Assembly (NCBI GenBank): GCA_046291695.1
Contig: JBKBSO010000011.1
Location: 1,548-65,547, forward strand
Direction: 5' to 3'
Source of the DNA: Bacteroidia bacterium
GTDB taxonomy: Bacteria > Bacteroidota > Bacteroidia > UBA7662
Length of the DNA stretch: 64,000 bases
In this document: positions 7,522 through 17,911 of the stretch, in pieces
Numbering within the stretch: the first letter of the stretch is position 1
How the letters are laid out: every line of letters starts with the position of its first letter
Notes under the pieces: model-generated
What the model saw: only the letters and a program-made list of their open reading frames with translations
Told to the model about the DNA's origin: nothing
Databases searched by the model: none
Made by a program: the position numbers and the translations under genes

Positions 7522-9168
7522 ATGTGCGCTGATTTTAAAACAGTAAGGGGCAACTTGGTTGACTTGCATCAAAAAAGGATTTACCCCGCCGAGCTACAAA
7601 TTCAAAATAGAAAGATTAGCTCGATAAAGGAACTCCCGTCTGAAGAAAAGCTGAATACCTACATTTTACCAGGCTTTGTAGATGCGCATATACACATCGA
7701 GAGTTCGATGCTGGTGCCCTCGGCCTTTGCAGCAGTTGCTGTGAAGCATGGTAGCCTGGCAACTGTTTCTGATCCTCACGAAATCGCCAATGTGTTAGGG
7801 GTAGCTGGTGTGGAGTATATGATCGAAGATGCAGCGAGAGTGCCCTTCAAATTCAACTTTGGTGCGCCCAGTTGCGTACCCGCCACCACTTTTGAAACTG
7901 CCGGAGCCAGCATCAACGCAAAAGAGGTGGGCGAACTTTTGGCCCGGCCTGAGATAAAATACCTGAGCGAAATGATGAATTACCCGGGTGTTTTGCATCG
8001 AGATGCGGAGGTTATGGCCAAAATTGCTCATGCAAAGGCCCTAGATAAACCCATTGACGGACACGCACCCGGCTTAACGGCTGAAGCCGCTCTGGCATAC
8101 ATAGCCGCTGGCATCAGCACTGATCATGAATGCTTTACGCTTGAAGAAGCTCTCTTTAAAGCCGAAAATGGCATGAAAATCCTTATCAGGGAGGGGTCGG
8201 CTGCTCGAAATTTCGAAGCACTACACCCCTTATTGGGCAGCCATCCTCACTTATGTATGTTTTGCTCCGACGACAAACACCCTGATGAACTACTCGAAGG
8301 CCATATTAATGTACTTGTACAGCGCGCTTTGGCATTGGGATACAACTATTTTGACGTGCTGCGCGTAGCATGCGTTAATCCTGTTGAACATTACCAACTC
8401 CATTGTGGTTTATTGCGTGAAGGCGATTGGGCCGACTTTATTGAAGTAAACCACCCCACCGAACTCAAGGTCTTGGCTGTCTACATCGATGGACAACTTG
8501 TGTTTAACGGCAATAACATTTGTTTTGAAGTACCCGAAGCAGAAACCCCCAACCGTTTCAACATCATGAAATTTGATGCAAAACAACTGGCACTAAAAGT
8601 AGCTGGTAGGCAAGTGCAACTTATCGAAGCACGCGACGGACAGCTGATTACTGGCAGATCAATACACCAATTCCAAACCATGCAAGCAGCCGATGAAGCT
8701 GACCAAAACAACGATATACTCAAATTGGTAGTAGTGAATAGGTATAAAGAAGCCCCACCAGCTGTGGCCTTTATCAAGGGTTTTGGACTAAAAAATGCAG
8801 CCATTGCTGGCACTGTAGCCCACGACTCGCACAACATAGTAGCCGTAGGCAGCAACGATACGCTCCTGGCAAAGGCCATCGATTTGGTCATTGCTGAACA
8901 AGGTGGACTGTCGTTTACCAATGGCGAATGCAATGAAATTCTACCCCTACCCGTGGCTGGACTCATGAGCACCGCGAGTTGTGAAGCGGTGGGGGCCGCT
9001 TATGGATTACTAGATCAACTATCGAAACAAGCCGGTTCAAACTTGCGCGCTCCCTACATGACTTTATCATTCATGGCCCTATTGGTGATTCCCGACATAA
9101 AACTCAGTGACCTGGGGTTATTCGATGGTCAAAATTTTGAATTTACCCCTTTATTATTAACGCCATGA
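7522..9168 (+). CDS. ade: Adenine deaminase.
   Basis: GFVDAHIHIESSM, SDPHEIANV, MMNYPGV, DGHAPGL, IREGSAARN, AHDSHNIVAVG, PVAGLMST and LFDGQNFEF all match E. coli Ade motifs. 548 aa. Confidence 0.85.
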   Translation: MCADFKTVRGNLVDLHQKRIYPAELQIQNRKISSIKELPSEEKLNTYILPGFVDAHIHIESSMLVPSAFAAVAVKHGSLATVSDPHEIANVLGVAGVEYMIEDAARVPFKFNFGAPSCVPATTFETAGASINAKEVGELLARPEIKYLSEMMNYPGVLHRDAEVMAKIAHAKALDKPIDGHAPGLTAEAALAYIAAGISTDHECFTLEEALFKAENGMKILIREGSAARNFEALHPLLGSHPHLCMFCSDDKHPDELLEGHINVLVQRALALGYNYFDVLRVACVNPVEHYQLHCGLLREGDWADFIEVNHPTELKVLAVYIDGQLVFNGNNICFEVPEAETPNRFNIMKFDAKQLALKVAGRQVQLIEARDGQLITGRSIHQFQTMQAADEADQNNDILKLVVVNRYKEAPPAVAFIKGFGLKNAAIAGTVAHDSHNIVAVGSNDTLLAKAIDLVIAEQGGLSFTNGECNEILPLPVAGLMSTASCEAVGAAYGLLDQLSKQAGSNLRAPYMTLSFMALLVIPDIKLSDLGLFDGQNFEFTPLLLTP

Positions 9169-9863
9169 ACAAACCCAAGCTTTTACTTCTACACGGCGCT
9201 TTGGGCGCAGCAACTGACTTTGACACACTCGTTGAACTACTTTCAGAACATTACAGCTGCTATCGGCCGAATTTCCCTGGCCATGGACAAACGGAATTTT
9301 TAAATGAACCTATGAGTATGCAGGGGCTAGCGACTTTCCTTGCTGAATATACCGAAACGAACCAATTACAGCATGCCATGGTGTTTGGTTACAGCATGGG
9401 TGGTTTTGTGGCATGTCTTACACAACTTCAAAAGGGATACTTTTCTAAAATATATACTTTAGGCACTAAGTTTATATGGGATCCTGATTCCGCACTCAAA
9501 GAAGCATCGCGACTCGAACCTGAAAACTTGCAAAACAAAGTGCCTGCTTTTGCTGAGTCCTTGAAAAACATGCATGGTGTACACTGGACCCAACTCCTTC
9601 AACAAACGGCCATGATGATGCTTGCACTCGGAAATAAGCCCGCCATAACCACTGAAGCATTTGGTCAACTGCAAATTCCGCTTTGTATAGGCTTAGGCGA
9701 CCGCGATAAAATGATTCCTATTGAAGACGCGATTACTGTATTTCGTTGGCTTCCATCGGCTTATTTAGACATCCTGCCTTACAGCCCACACCCCTTAAAT
9801 GCAGTAGATGTTGCACTTTTATCAGCTCGTCTAAGATATTTTTTCGAACTTAGAAGCAACTAA
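9165..9863 (+). CDS. Alpha/beta-fold hydrolase.
   Basis: LLLLHGALG...GYSMGG nucleophile elbow. 4-nt overlap (ATGA) with ade. Confidence 0.6.
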   Translation: MNKPKLLLLHGALGAATDFDTLVELLSEHYSCYRPNFPGHGQTEFLNEPMSMQGLATFLAEYTETNQLQHAMVFGYSMGGFVACLTQLQKGYFSKIYTLGTKFIWDPDSALKEASRLEPENLQNKVPAFAESLKNMHGVHWTQLLQQTAMMMLALGNKPAITTEAFGQLQIPLCIGLGDRDKMIPIEDAITVFRWLPSAYLDILPYSPHPLNAVDVALLSARLRYFFELRSN

Positions 9864-9874
9864 AAATAATTACG

Positions 9875-10297
9875 ATGAAAAAGAACCTAATGACGTTGGC
9901 AGCCTTTGCGCTGATGATCAGCCTGATGGCTTGCGGAAACAGTGGCGAAAGCCAATCACAAGCGGTTGAGGAAGTAAGCTCAGAAATGACCGTTGATTTT
10001 GATGATGTGGCAGAAACAACCGAAGAGGACATGGAGGAGGCCGATGCTGAAGAAATGGCAAGTCCTGCTGCTGACGCTCCAACGGTAGCCCCTGCCAACA
10101 AGGCAGCCAGCAGCACTGCCGCCGGTGCAGATATGGGTGCTGTTACAGAAACCAAAACCGTGAAAGTCGACACCAAAACCGACAAAGCTAAATTATCTGG
10201 ATCGTCAAGTCAGAGCATTGGTGGAAGCATGGATGCTGGAGCAACCCTTGATCCCAACGCCACAGAAAAGCCAAAAACCAGCAGTGGAAATGATTAG
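9875..10297 (+). CDS. Acidic low-complexity lipoprotein (hypothetical).
   Basis: Lipobox LMAC after an N-terminal signal, followed by a D/E/A/S-rich sequence. Confidence 0.5.
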   Translation: MKKNLMTLAAFALMISLMACGNSGESQSQAVEEVSSEMTVDFDDVAETTEEDMEEADAEEMASPAADAPTVAPANKAASSTAAGADMGAVTETKTVKVDTKTDKAKLSGSSSQSIGGSMDAGATLDPNATEKPKTSSGND

Positions 10298-11539
10298 TTA
10301 AACCTCTTTACCATTTAGGATTACCTTTTTTACGAGCTTTTCGCCAAAACTGTAAGGTAAATACGCTAAAGAGGGCAAAGGTCTTGTGATGAAGATGTTT
10401 GCCCTTTTTCCTTTGGTAATACTTCCAAGCTCATTACCCAGTCCCATTGCTGCGGCCGCATTGATAGTAGCGGCGTTAAGTGCTTCTTCAGGCATAAGTC
10501 GCTGTTGTATGCATGCAAGAGACATATTAAACTCTGGATTAAAAGACGGACTTGACCCCGGGTTAAAATCACTGGCGATAGCAAGTGGCAATCCCACGTC
10601 TATCAAACGGCGTGCTGGGGCATAAGGAATCCGTAAATAAAATGAACAACCAGGCAATACCGTTGGCATGGTGTTACCCGATAATAAAGCCTCAAAATCA
10701 GCACGTTCCATCACCTCAAGGTGATCAACACTCATAGCTCCGGCTTCGACTGCCGCACCAACCGCACCAAAACTATTGAACTGATTCACATGTACCTTAG
10801 CAGGTAAACCATATTTATTTCCAGCCTCCATAAGCGTAAGCATATCCTTAATGTCAAAATAGTTACGCTCGCAAAATACATCGACAAAATCAGCAAGCCC
10901 CTCATTAACAACCCTAGGCAAGAGCTGATGAACCATGTGAGCTACAAAATCTGACTTCCGGTTTTTATATTCAGACGGAACCGCATGTAAAGCTAAGCAA
11001 GTAGCCTTAACCTGAGCACGACCATCCTCTTTCAGCTTTCGGATTACCCTCAAGATTTTAAGTTCATCTTCTAAGGTTAAACCATAACCACTCTTCATTT
11101 CGATGGCTCCAAGTCCCAAAGAAATCGCAGATTCATAGCGCTGTAAAGACACCTCAAACAGTTCTGATTCGTCCATCTGCTGCAATTTTTGGGCTGAATT
11201 GAGAATACCTCCTCCTCTAGCTGCAATTTGTTCATAGGTCAGACCCTTTATTTTATCTACAAATTCTCCCTCACGGCTTGTCGCAAAGACCATATGGGTA
11301 TGCGGATCACAAAAGGCTGGAAAAATCCATCCTTCTTTAGCATCAAGGCTATTGGAAGTACGCGGCAATGCATTAACAGACTGCATTACACCGAAGTCAG
11401 CAATCCGTCCATCTTCAAGCAATAGCCAAGCGTTATCGAGCATTTCGAGTTCTCGCATTTGCACGCCTTTTAGGCTATTGACATGAGCCGGAAGTATTCC
11501 AACCAATTTCCCGATATTATATATAAGTGTGCCAGACAT
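10298..11539 (-). CDS. hutI: Imidazolonepropionase.
   Basis: Amidohydrolase motifs DPHTHMVF and SDFNPGSSP. 413 aa. Confidence 0.8.
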   Translation of the reverse strand: MSGTLIYNIGKLVGILPAHVNSLKGVQMRELEMLDNAWLLLEDGRIADFGVMQSVNALPRTSNSLDAKEGWIFPAFCDPHTHMVFATSREGEFVDKIKGLTYEQIAARGGGILNSAQKLQQMDESELFEVSLQRYESAISLGLGAIEMKSGYGLTLEDELKILRVIRKLKEDGRAQVKATCLALHAVPSEYKNRKSDFVAHMVHQLLPRVVNEGLADFVDVFCERNYFDIKDMLTLMEAGNKYGLPAKVHVNQFNSFGAVGAAVEAGAMSVDHLEVMERADFEALLSGNTMPTVLPGCSFYLRIPYAPARRLIDVGLPLAIASDFNPGSSPSFNPEFNMSLACIQQRLMPEEALNAATINAAAAMGLGNELGSITKGKRANIFITRPLPSLAYLPYSFGEKLVKKVILNGKEV

Positions 11540-11555
11540 CGAAGTAAATTTAAAA

Positions 11556-11574
11556 GGCCATCACGAAGATGGCC
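11556..11574. terminator. Bidirectional hairpin terminator downstream of icd.
   Basis: GGCCATC-ACGAA-GATGGCC flanked by an A-tract and a T-tract. Confidence 0.6.
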
Positions 11575-11599
11575 TTTTATCGATATTAAAAAAAATAGC

Positions 11600-13054
11600 T
11601 TATTGTCCTTGCGCTAAAGAGTAACCTCGTTCACCATCAAAATAATACAGATGTTCTGTTTTGATAAAATCATACCCAGCATCCTGCAAAACCTGCAATT
11701 GCTTGATGATGTGTTGGTGACTAATGCCTGCTTCGCGATCGATTGCTTCAAATCGACAGCGCCAGTGATCCGTACAGAAAATGCCTGGCAATGCATTAGG
11801 ATACACTTTTACCCCCCTATTGGAAATAACCACCAGATTTAATTCTGGGATGGTGAGCTTTACCAATTGGTCTCCTAATATATCGGCTACGCCCTCCGAC
11901 CAGTCGAGGAAGATATCAACGCCCATCAACTGCTTCTTTTCGGTACTATACATCAGCTGCCAGTCTGATGGATTGATGCGATTTACATTCTCAGCGAATT
12001 GAACCGTTGGCATTTTTTCTGGCAATTTACCCAACCGGGCGATTACGGCATCAGCAAATGCTTGCGTGCCCACCAACTGCTTACTCATACCATCTTTATA
12101 AATGTCGGCAGTATGAATGCCTTCTTCTAGGGTTTTCAACCAAGCATTTTGGATAGCACCAGCCACTTTAGGTTGGTTAATATGAACCAACATCATCACA
12201 GAAGAAAGTAACAAGCCTGAAGGATTGGCTATGTCCTGACCCGCTATTGTAGGCGCAGAACCATGAATAGCTTCAAACATGGCGCATTTGTCGCCAATAT
12301 TTGAACTACCACCGATACCAACTGAACCGCTGATTTGGGCAGCAACGTCAGAGATGATATCACCATACAGGTTTTCGGTGACGATTACGTCAAATATTTC
12401 GGGGGTATCGGCCAAACGAGCTGTTCCTATGTCAATAATCATGCTATCGGCTTGAATATCGGGGTACTCTTCTGCAATACGGTCGAAAATGCGATGAAAG
12501 ACGCCATCGGTCAATTTCATGATGTTATCTTTCACAAAACAGGTTACTTTTTTTCGTTTGTTATTGCGAGCATATTCAAATGCATAGCGGATAATTTTTT
12601 CGGAACCGGGTTCTGTAATCAGCTTCAGACACTGATAAACTTGACGGGTTTGACGGTGTTCAATACCGGCATACAAATCTTCTTCATTTTCTCGAATAAT
12701 TACCACATCCATTTTGGGAAAGCGGGTAAAAACGTAAGGAGAATAAGAAACACAAGGACGAACATTGGCAAACAGCCCAAGTGTTTTGCGGGCTGTCACA
12801 TTCAACGACTTATATCCACCCCCAAAAGGAGTAGTGATGGGGGCCTTTAAAAAGACTTTGGTGCGCATAAGCGATTCCCAGGATTCATCTGAAATGCCTG
12901 CGGTATTTCCCGACAAATAAACTTTTTCACCTATTTCGATGGTTTCAATTTCGAGTTGAGCGCCGGCTGCTTCTAATACTTTCAAGGTAGCCTTCATGAT
13001 TTCAGGGCCAATACCATCGCCATGCGCAACAGTGATAGGTGTTTTATTCGTCAT
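11600..13054 (-). CDS. icd: Isocitrate dehydrogenase (isocitrate/isopropylmalate dehydrogenase family, with a C-terminal extension).
   Basis: ITVAHGDGIGPEIM... family motifs across ~350 aa plus a ~130 aa C-terminal domain. 484 aa. Confidence 0.7.
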   Translation of the reverse strand: MTNKTPITVAHGDGIGPEIMKATLKVLEAAGAQLEIETIEIGEKVYLSGNTAGISDESWESLMRTKVFLKAPITTPFGGGYKSLNVTARKTLGLFANVRPCVSYSPYVFTRFPKMDVVIIRENEEDLYAGIEHRQTRQVYQCLKLITEPGSEKIIRYAFEYARNNKRKKVTCFVKDNIMKLTDGVFHRIFDRIAEEYPDIQADSMIIDIGTARLADTPEIFDVIVTENLYGDIISDVAAQISGSVGIGGSSNIGDKCAMFEAIHGSAPTIAGQDIANPSGLLLSSVMMLVHINQPKVAGAIQNAWLKTLEEGIHTADIYKDGMSKQLVGTQAFADAVIARLGKLPEKMPTVQFAENVNRINPSDWQLMYSTEKKQLMGVDIFLDWSEGVADILGDQLVKLTIPELNLVVISNRGVKVYPNALPGIFCTDHWRCRFEAIDREAGISHQHIIKQLQVLQDAGYDFIKTEHLYYFDGERGYSLAQGQ

Positions 13055-13198
13055 ATTACAAATATTTTAAATTTACCACAAAAATAGCCCAAAACAAACA
13101 GAAACAGAAGCTTTTAGGGAAAAGAAATGCGCTATTTGGCCTTAAAATATTGATTTCCGTTGCTGGCTTTCCTATTTTCGTGATGCTAAATTTAGAAT

Positions 13199-14668
13199 AT
13201 GAAACGAAGTTTATGGGGGTTCATCGCCATGGTTAGTGTTGCAGCGATGGCCGGCTATGCTGGAGGTAAGTTAAGTCAAGGAACCAAGGAGTTGGCCAGC
13301 CCGGATTCAGCGGCTCAAATTTGGACTTTGCCAGCGACGGCCACTGAGGAAGATCCGAGCGTAATACGGGCTTACAACAATCAAAATGCTGCTTTTCCGT
13401 CAAGTTTCGTAGCTGCCTCAGAACGGAGTACACCTGCTGTGGTCTACATCAAAACTACAAGTAATGCCCCGCAGCGTTCTTTTAATGATTGGTTTTTTGG
13501 GGATATTTTTGGTGGTGGTCGTCAGGATTTTGTTATTAATTCAGGATCAGGTGTCATTGTATCAGAAGACGGCTATATCGTCACCAACAACCATGTGGTT
13601 GAAAAAGCCGTCAAAATTGATGTAATTCTCACCAATAAGCAAACGTTTGAGGCTAAACTCATAGGCACTGACCCATCTACCGATCTGGCCCTTTTGAAAA
13701 TTGAAGCATCAAAACTACCCAATATCCAATTTAGCAATTCCAACGCCGTTCGTGTAGGCGAATGGGTGTTGGCTGTAGGCAACCCATTTAATCTTACCAG
13801 TACGGTTACCGCCGGCATTGTAAGCGCTAAGGGTCGTAACCTTAACTTATTGAGCAATATGTTTCCCATCGAAAGCTTCATACAAACTGATGCAGCAATT
13901 AATCCAGGCAATTCGGGGGGAGCCTTGGTAAATCTAGATGGCAATTTGGTGGGTATCAATACAGCCATCATGTCGAGAACTGGAGCTTACAATGGCTATG
14001 GGTTTGCGATACCTTCAAACATTGTTCAAAAAGTGATGCGCGATTTAAAAGAACATGGATCGGTTCAGAGGGCATTTTTTGGTGCCGATGTGATTGATAT
14101 TGACGCACAAATTCAGCAAAAAGCCAAACTCAAATCACTCAAAGGCGTATATGTCAACAATGTAGCAAGTTATGGCCCTGCAAGAGAAGCGGGCATACAA
14201 GAAGGTGATGTAATAATAGAATTTAATCATGTTCCTATTAACAGTAAAGCCGAATTCGATGAACAACTGAGTTACTTCCGGCCAGGTGAACGTAGTTCTC
14301 TGGTATATCAGCGTGAAGGAAAGTCAAACACGATCAATATCAAACTCACCAATACTGAAGGAACGCTTGAAATTCTACAAAACGAAGTACAACATTCAGC
14401 ACGATTGGGGGCTGATTTTGAACCCATTGGCAAATTAGAACGTGATCGTCTTAACCTTAAAGGTGGAGTTCGTATTTCAAATATCGGACAGGGGTATATA
14501 AGGAGACTCGGTTTACGAGAAGGTTTCATTATTACGCATATTAACAAAATTGAGATTACTTCTGTAGCTCAATGTATCGACCTGATTGAAAACATGAAGG
14601 GACAGGTGAGCTTGGAAGGCGTGGACAAAAATGGTCGAAAAGCTTTTTACTCCTATTATGCCTACTAA
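13199..14668 (+). CDS. HtrA/DegP-family periplasmic serine protease (trypsin-like plus PDZ domains).
   Basis: Catalytic region TNNHVV...DLALLKI...GNSGGALVN, followed by PDZ domains. Signal peptide at the N-terminus. Confidence 0.8.
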   Translation: MKRSLWGFIAMVSVAAMAGYAGGKLSQGTKELASPDSAAQIWTLPATATEEDPSVIRAYNNQNAAFPSSFVAASERSTPAVVYIKTTSNAPQRSFNDWFFGDIFGGGRQDFVINSGSGVIVSEDGYIVTNNHVVEKAVKIDVILTNKQTFEAKLIGTDPSTDLALLKIEASKLPNIQFSNSNAVRVGEWVLAVGNPFNLTSTVTAGIVSAKGRNLNLLSNMFPIESFIQTDAAINPGNSGGALVNLDGNLVGINTAIMSRTGAYNGYGFAIPSNIVQKVMRDLKEHGSVQRAFFGADVIDIDAQIQQKAKLKSLKGVYVNNVASYGPAREAGIQEGDVIIEFNHVPINSKAEFDEQLSYFRPGERSSLVYQREGKSNTINIKLTNTEGTLEILQNEVQHSARLGADFEPIGKLERDRLNLKGGVRISNIGQGYIRRLGLREGFIITHINKIEITSVAQCIDLIENMKGQVSLEGVDKNGRKAFYSYYAY

Positions 14669-14735
14669 AAGAATTTCATAAAAAACATGGTTTTTTTGTT
14701 AGCTATATTTAGCTTGCAAACAAATTCACTATCCT

Positions 14736-15374
14736 ATGTCTAAAAAACTATTTAGCCTTTCAGCCTTAATTATGGCTGGTATGCTGTTTGGCGCTGTTCA
14801 GTCAAATGCTCAAGATGTCACCGATCACTTCATTAAAACCGTTGTAGTAAAAGGTGGGAATGACGAAAATGTTATCTATGCACAGAAAGAACTGGTCAAG
14901 GAATCGAGCAAAGACAACAGTTCTTTCGAGATGGTTGCCGTTAAGAACCTTCAGTTTGGAGACAAAACCTTAATTATTGGCCGTCACCACATTCCCGCAA
15001 CGCAAGCTATCAACGGAGAAGTAGCTGATTTGGAGTTCAATGTGATGTTGTCGGGTAAGGCTGAGGCCAAGTTTTATGCTGCCCGCTTCCCACAGGTAAG
15101 CTACCAGTACGTTACCCTTGACGCAAATGAAGTAAAAGATTTCCTCGAAAAAATCAAACAGCTTCGCCAGAACTATATAGACAGCGATACCTTAAAGGTA
15201 AAACGCGAAACGCATTTTTATCAGTATCGTTTTAATCAAGAGGTAATGGTAAGCATGAGCTTAGGACGTGGGGGGAGCTCCGCCAAATATTTTGAATTGT
15301 GGATTAAAAATCGCTCATTTACCATCAATAGCGATAAATTCATTTTATACCTAACTGAATTTTTGGAATACTAA
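14736..15374 (+). CDS. Hypothetical secreted protein.
   Basis: Signal peptide ending in SNAQD. No recognisable motifs. Confidence 0.4.
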   Translation: MSKKLFSLSALIMAGMLFGAVQSNAQDVTDHFIKTVVVKGGNDENVIYAQKELVKESSKDNSSFEMVAVKNLQFGDKTLIIGRHHIPATQAINGEVADLEFNVMLSGKAEAKFYAARFPQVSYQYVTLDANEVKDFLEKIKQLRQNYIDSDTLKVKRETHFYQYRFNQEVMVSMSLGRGGSSAKYFELWIKNRSFTINSDKFILYLTEFLEY

Positions 15375-15396
15375 GAAGCCTCCAAATTTATACAAA

Positions 15397-15427
15397 AGCA
15401 GTCTTTGTAAAAGGCTGCTTTTTTTAT
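15397..15427 (+). terminator. Rho-independent terminator (10-bp stem plus T-run) after the 14736-15374 gene.
   Basis: AGCAGTCTTT-GTA-AAAGGCTGCT followed by TTTTTTT. Confidence 0.6.
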
Positions 15428-15664
15428 TTATATCCGGCACTTTTATCTCGAAAGGAAAATTCCGTTTTCAATTATGGCTGCTTTGCTATGAAATGCTTAC
15501 CCGAAACGGCAAACATTCTTTTGCATGTCAATCAGATTCATTATTAAAGGCAGCTTGGTGAGCACCGCTATTTCCTCAGCCTCGCATAGGTTCAGGGGGC
15601 GAACGCTGTTATTTACATGCTTATTATTAAAAGCAAGGCAAATTCAACCATAAATATCAAATAG

Positions 15665-15697
15665 AAAAAGGCCGTTTCCTGGAAAGAAACGGCCTTT
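15665..15697 (-). terminator. Rho-independent terminator downstream of floA.
   Basis: GGCCGTTTC...GAAACGGCC hairpin with a T-run on the minus strand. Confidence 0.6.
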
Positions 15698-15718
15698 ACT
15701 GCAATGAACAATTTTTGC

Positions 15719-16708
15719 TTATTCGTTGCCTTTTGATTTTCGTGTGCCTCCAGGCTTGGCAATGCTATCGCGCATTTCAGTATCTGCTTTAATATTCTGC
15801 ATGCGGTAATAATCCATAATTCCCAATTGACCATTACGGAAGGCATCAGCCATAGCGATAGGAATTTGGGCTTCTGCCTCAATTACTTTGGCTCTGGCTT
15901 CTTGGGCGAGGGCTACGTGTTCTTGTTCGAGGGCTACGGCCATAGCACGACGTTCTTCGGCACGTGCTTGGGCAATTTTTTTATCAGCTTCGGCCTGATC
16001 GGTTTGCAGCACGGCGCCAATATTTTTCCCTACATCTACATCGGCAATGTCAATCGAGAGGATTTCAAAGGCCGTGCCTGCATCTAGGCCTTTGGAAAGC
16101 ACTACTTTTGAAATTTGATCAGGATTTTCTAGTACCTGTTTATGATTTACGGCAGAGCCAATGGATGATACCACCCCTTCACCTACCCTCGCCAATATGG
16201 TTTCTTCACCAGCTCCACCTACCAGTTGCTTAATATTGGCTCGAACGGTCACCCGGGCTTTAGCAATCAATTGAATACCATCCTTAGCCACGGCTGCCAC
16301 CGGTGGGGTGTCTATCACCTTAGGATTTACTGACATTTGAACCGCTTCAAACACATCACGACCTGCAAGGTCGATGGCTGTAGCCGCTTTAAAGTCGAGG
16401 GCAATATTGGCTTTTTCTGCCGAAATCAGCGCCCGTATCACATTATTCACATGTCCTCCAGCCAAGTAATGCGTTTCGATTTCATTGGAGGAAACATTTA
16501 AACCTGCCTTGGTAGAAGTAATTAAGGCATTCACCACAATGCTTGGCGGGACCTTACGAATACGCATAAGAACCAAATCGAGGATGCTAATTTTTACTCC
16601 CGAAAAAACAGCCGTTATCCAGAGGTTTACTGGAATAAAGTACAAGAAGATGAACAACAGGAAGACCACGCCACCTATTGCCAAGAGCATTAAAGTTAAT
16701 TCTGACAT
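15719..16708 (-). CDS. floA: Flotillin-like protein FloA (SPFH domain, YqfA family).
   Basis: Near-identical blocks to B. subtilis FloA: [91 protein letters not shown]. Confidence 0.85.
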   Translation of the reverse strand: MSELTLMLLAIGGVVFLLFIFLYFIPVNLWITAVFSGVKISILDLVLMRIRKVPPSIVVNALITSTKAGLNVSSNEIETHYLAGGHVNNVIRALISAEKANIALDFKAATAIDLAGRDVFEAVQMSVNPKVIDTPPVAAVAKDGIQLIAKARVTVRANIKQLVGGAGEETILARVGEGVVSSIGSAVNHKQVLENPDQISKVVLSKGLDAGTAFEILSIDIADVDVGKNIGAVLQTDQAEADKKIAQARAEERRAMAVALEQEHVALAQEARAKVIEAEAQIPIAMADAFRNGQLGIMDYYRMQNIKADTEMRDSIAKPGGTRKSKGNE

Positions 16709-16719
16709 ATTTTGATTAA

Positions 16720-17190
16720 TTAGTTACGTTTAACATATATTTTATTTCCATCACGGTGGCTCACTATCACCGTTTCTCCTGCACCGGCCAATCCATTCAG
16801 TAATTCAACTTCCCGAACACGCTTGCCAAAACGAGCGGTACCTGTGGGACGCAAGGCACTTAGTGAAACCCCAACATCCCCCTTTTGTACAACCTCTTCT
16901 GAAGCTGGATCTTGGATATTCACTTTGCTATCAATGGATGATTTCAGTTCGAAATTTTCCCAAAAACGCGATTTAAAACTTCTGATTAAAACAACAAGGC
17001 TCAGCACTAAAGTGAGTGCCAAAGTACTGTTACCGGCTAGCAATCCATATTCATCGTACACAAACCAAACACCGAATCCAAGGAAAATCATTCCGGCTAT
17101 CCCCAACACGGTAACTCCCGGAACAATAAAGAGTTCAGCGAACAAGAGCAAAAGCCCTAGGCTAATCAAAAAAATGATTGTGAGCATCAT
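16720..17190 (-). CDS. NfeD-family membrane protein (YqeZ-like partner of FloA).
   Basis: N-terminal TM helices plus a C-terminal OB-fold-like domain. It sits immediately upstream of floA, as in the B. subtilis yqeZ-floA pair. Confidence 0.65.
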   Translation of the reverse strand: MMLTIIFLISLGLLLLFAELFIVPGVTVLGIAGMIFLGFGVWFVYDEYGLLAGNSTLALTLVLSLVVLIRSFKSRFWENFELKSSIDSKVNIQDPASEEVVQKGDVGVSLSALRPTGTARFGKRVREVELLNGLAGAGETVIVSHRDGNKIYVKRN

Positions 17191-17224
17191 GACGGTCTGA
17201 AATTACGCTTATTTCAGGCAAGAT

Positions 17225-17911
17225 TCAAGCATTCTTCAAGTGCTCATTTAATTTTTCTACTCCCTCAGCAGCTTTCGTACGTATAATATTAAAATCACTC
17301 ATGTTGTAGCCTTCTTCAACAGCCGGGTCAATTAAGAATTTTGGAATTTCAGGGGCTGCCATAAAGGCCAAGCCAGCAGCCGGATACACCTGTAATGAGG
17401 TTCCAATCACCACAAAAATGTCTGCCTCTGACACCCATGAAGCCGCCTGATTCATCAGTGGAACGGCTTCACCAAACCAAACAATATTAGGACGCCATTG
17501 ACTGCCATCCGGTGCTAAGTCTCCCAAACGTATATCCTGAATATATGGCGCACATATAAATTCATCCTTACTAGAGCGCATTTCATTTAGTTTACCATGC
17601 AAATGCATCACTTTGGAGCTACCTGCTCTTTCGTGCAAATCGTCCACGTTTTGGGTAATTATATAAACATCATAATCAGCTTCGAGACTTGCCAATCCCA
17701 AGTGAGCAGCGTTTGGCATGGCTTGCTGTGCCGCCTTTCGGCGCATATTGTAAAACTCAAGGACCAAGGCTGGATTTAGATACCAACCATCGAGGGAGGC
17801 TACCTGCATCACATCATGTCCTTCCCAAAGCCCACCTGCATCTCGGAAGGTTGCCAAGCCACTTTCAGCACTAATTCCTGCCCCAGTTAACACAACCAAT
17901 TTCTTTTTCAT
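17225..17911 (-). CDS. NAD-dependent protein deacylase (sirtuin, CobB-like) lacking the Zn-binding Cys tetrad.
   Basis: GAGISAESGLATFRDAGGLW, QNVDDLHE and HLHG motifs. Only one Cys in the whole 228-aa protein. Confidence 0.75.
   Translation of the reverse strand: MKKKLVVLTGAGISAESGLATFRDAGGLWEGHDVMQVASLDGWYLNPALVLEFYNMRRKAAQQAMPNAAHLGLASLEADYDVYIITQNVDDLHERAGSSKVMHLHGKLNEMRSSKDEFICAPYIQDIRLGDLAPDGSQWRPNIVWFGEAVPLMNQAASWVSEADIFVVIGTSLQVYPAAGLAFMAAPEIPKFLIDPAVEEGYNMSDFNIIRTKAAEGVEKLNEHLKNA

Noticed and set aside
15375-15718. tmRNA, RNase P RNA or SRP RNA in the long intergenic gap.
   Set aside because: No GGGG...CCACCA ends or tag-peptide frame (tmRNA), no AGGAAAGUCCGG (RNase P), and no GGAAGCAGCCAAGGCAG-like domain IV motif (SRP). 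Left as an unassigned putative small RNA only.
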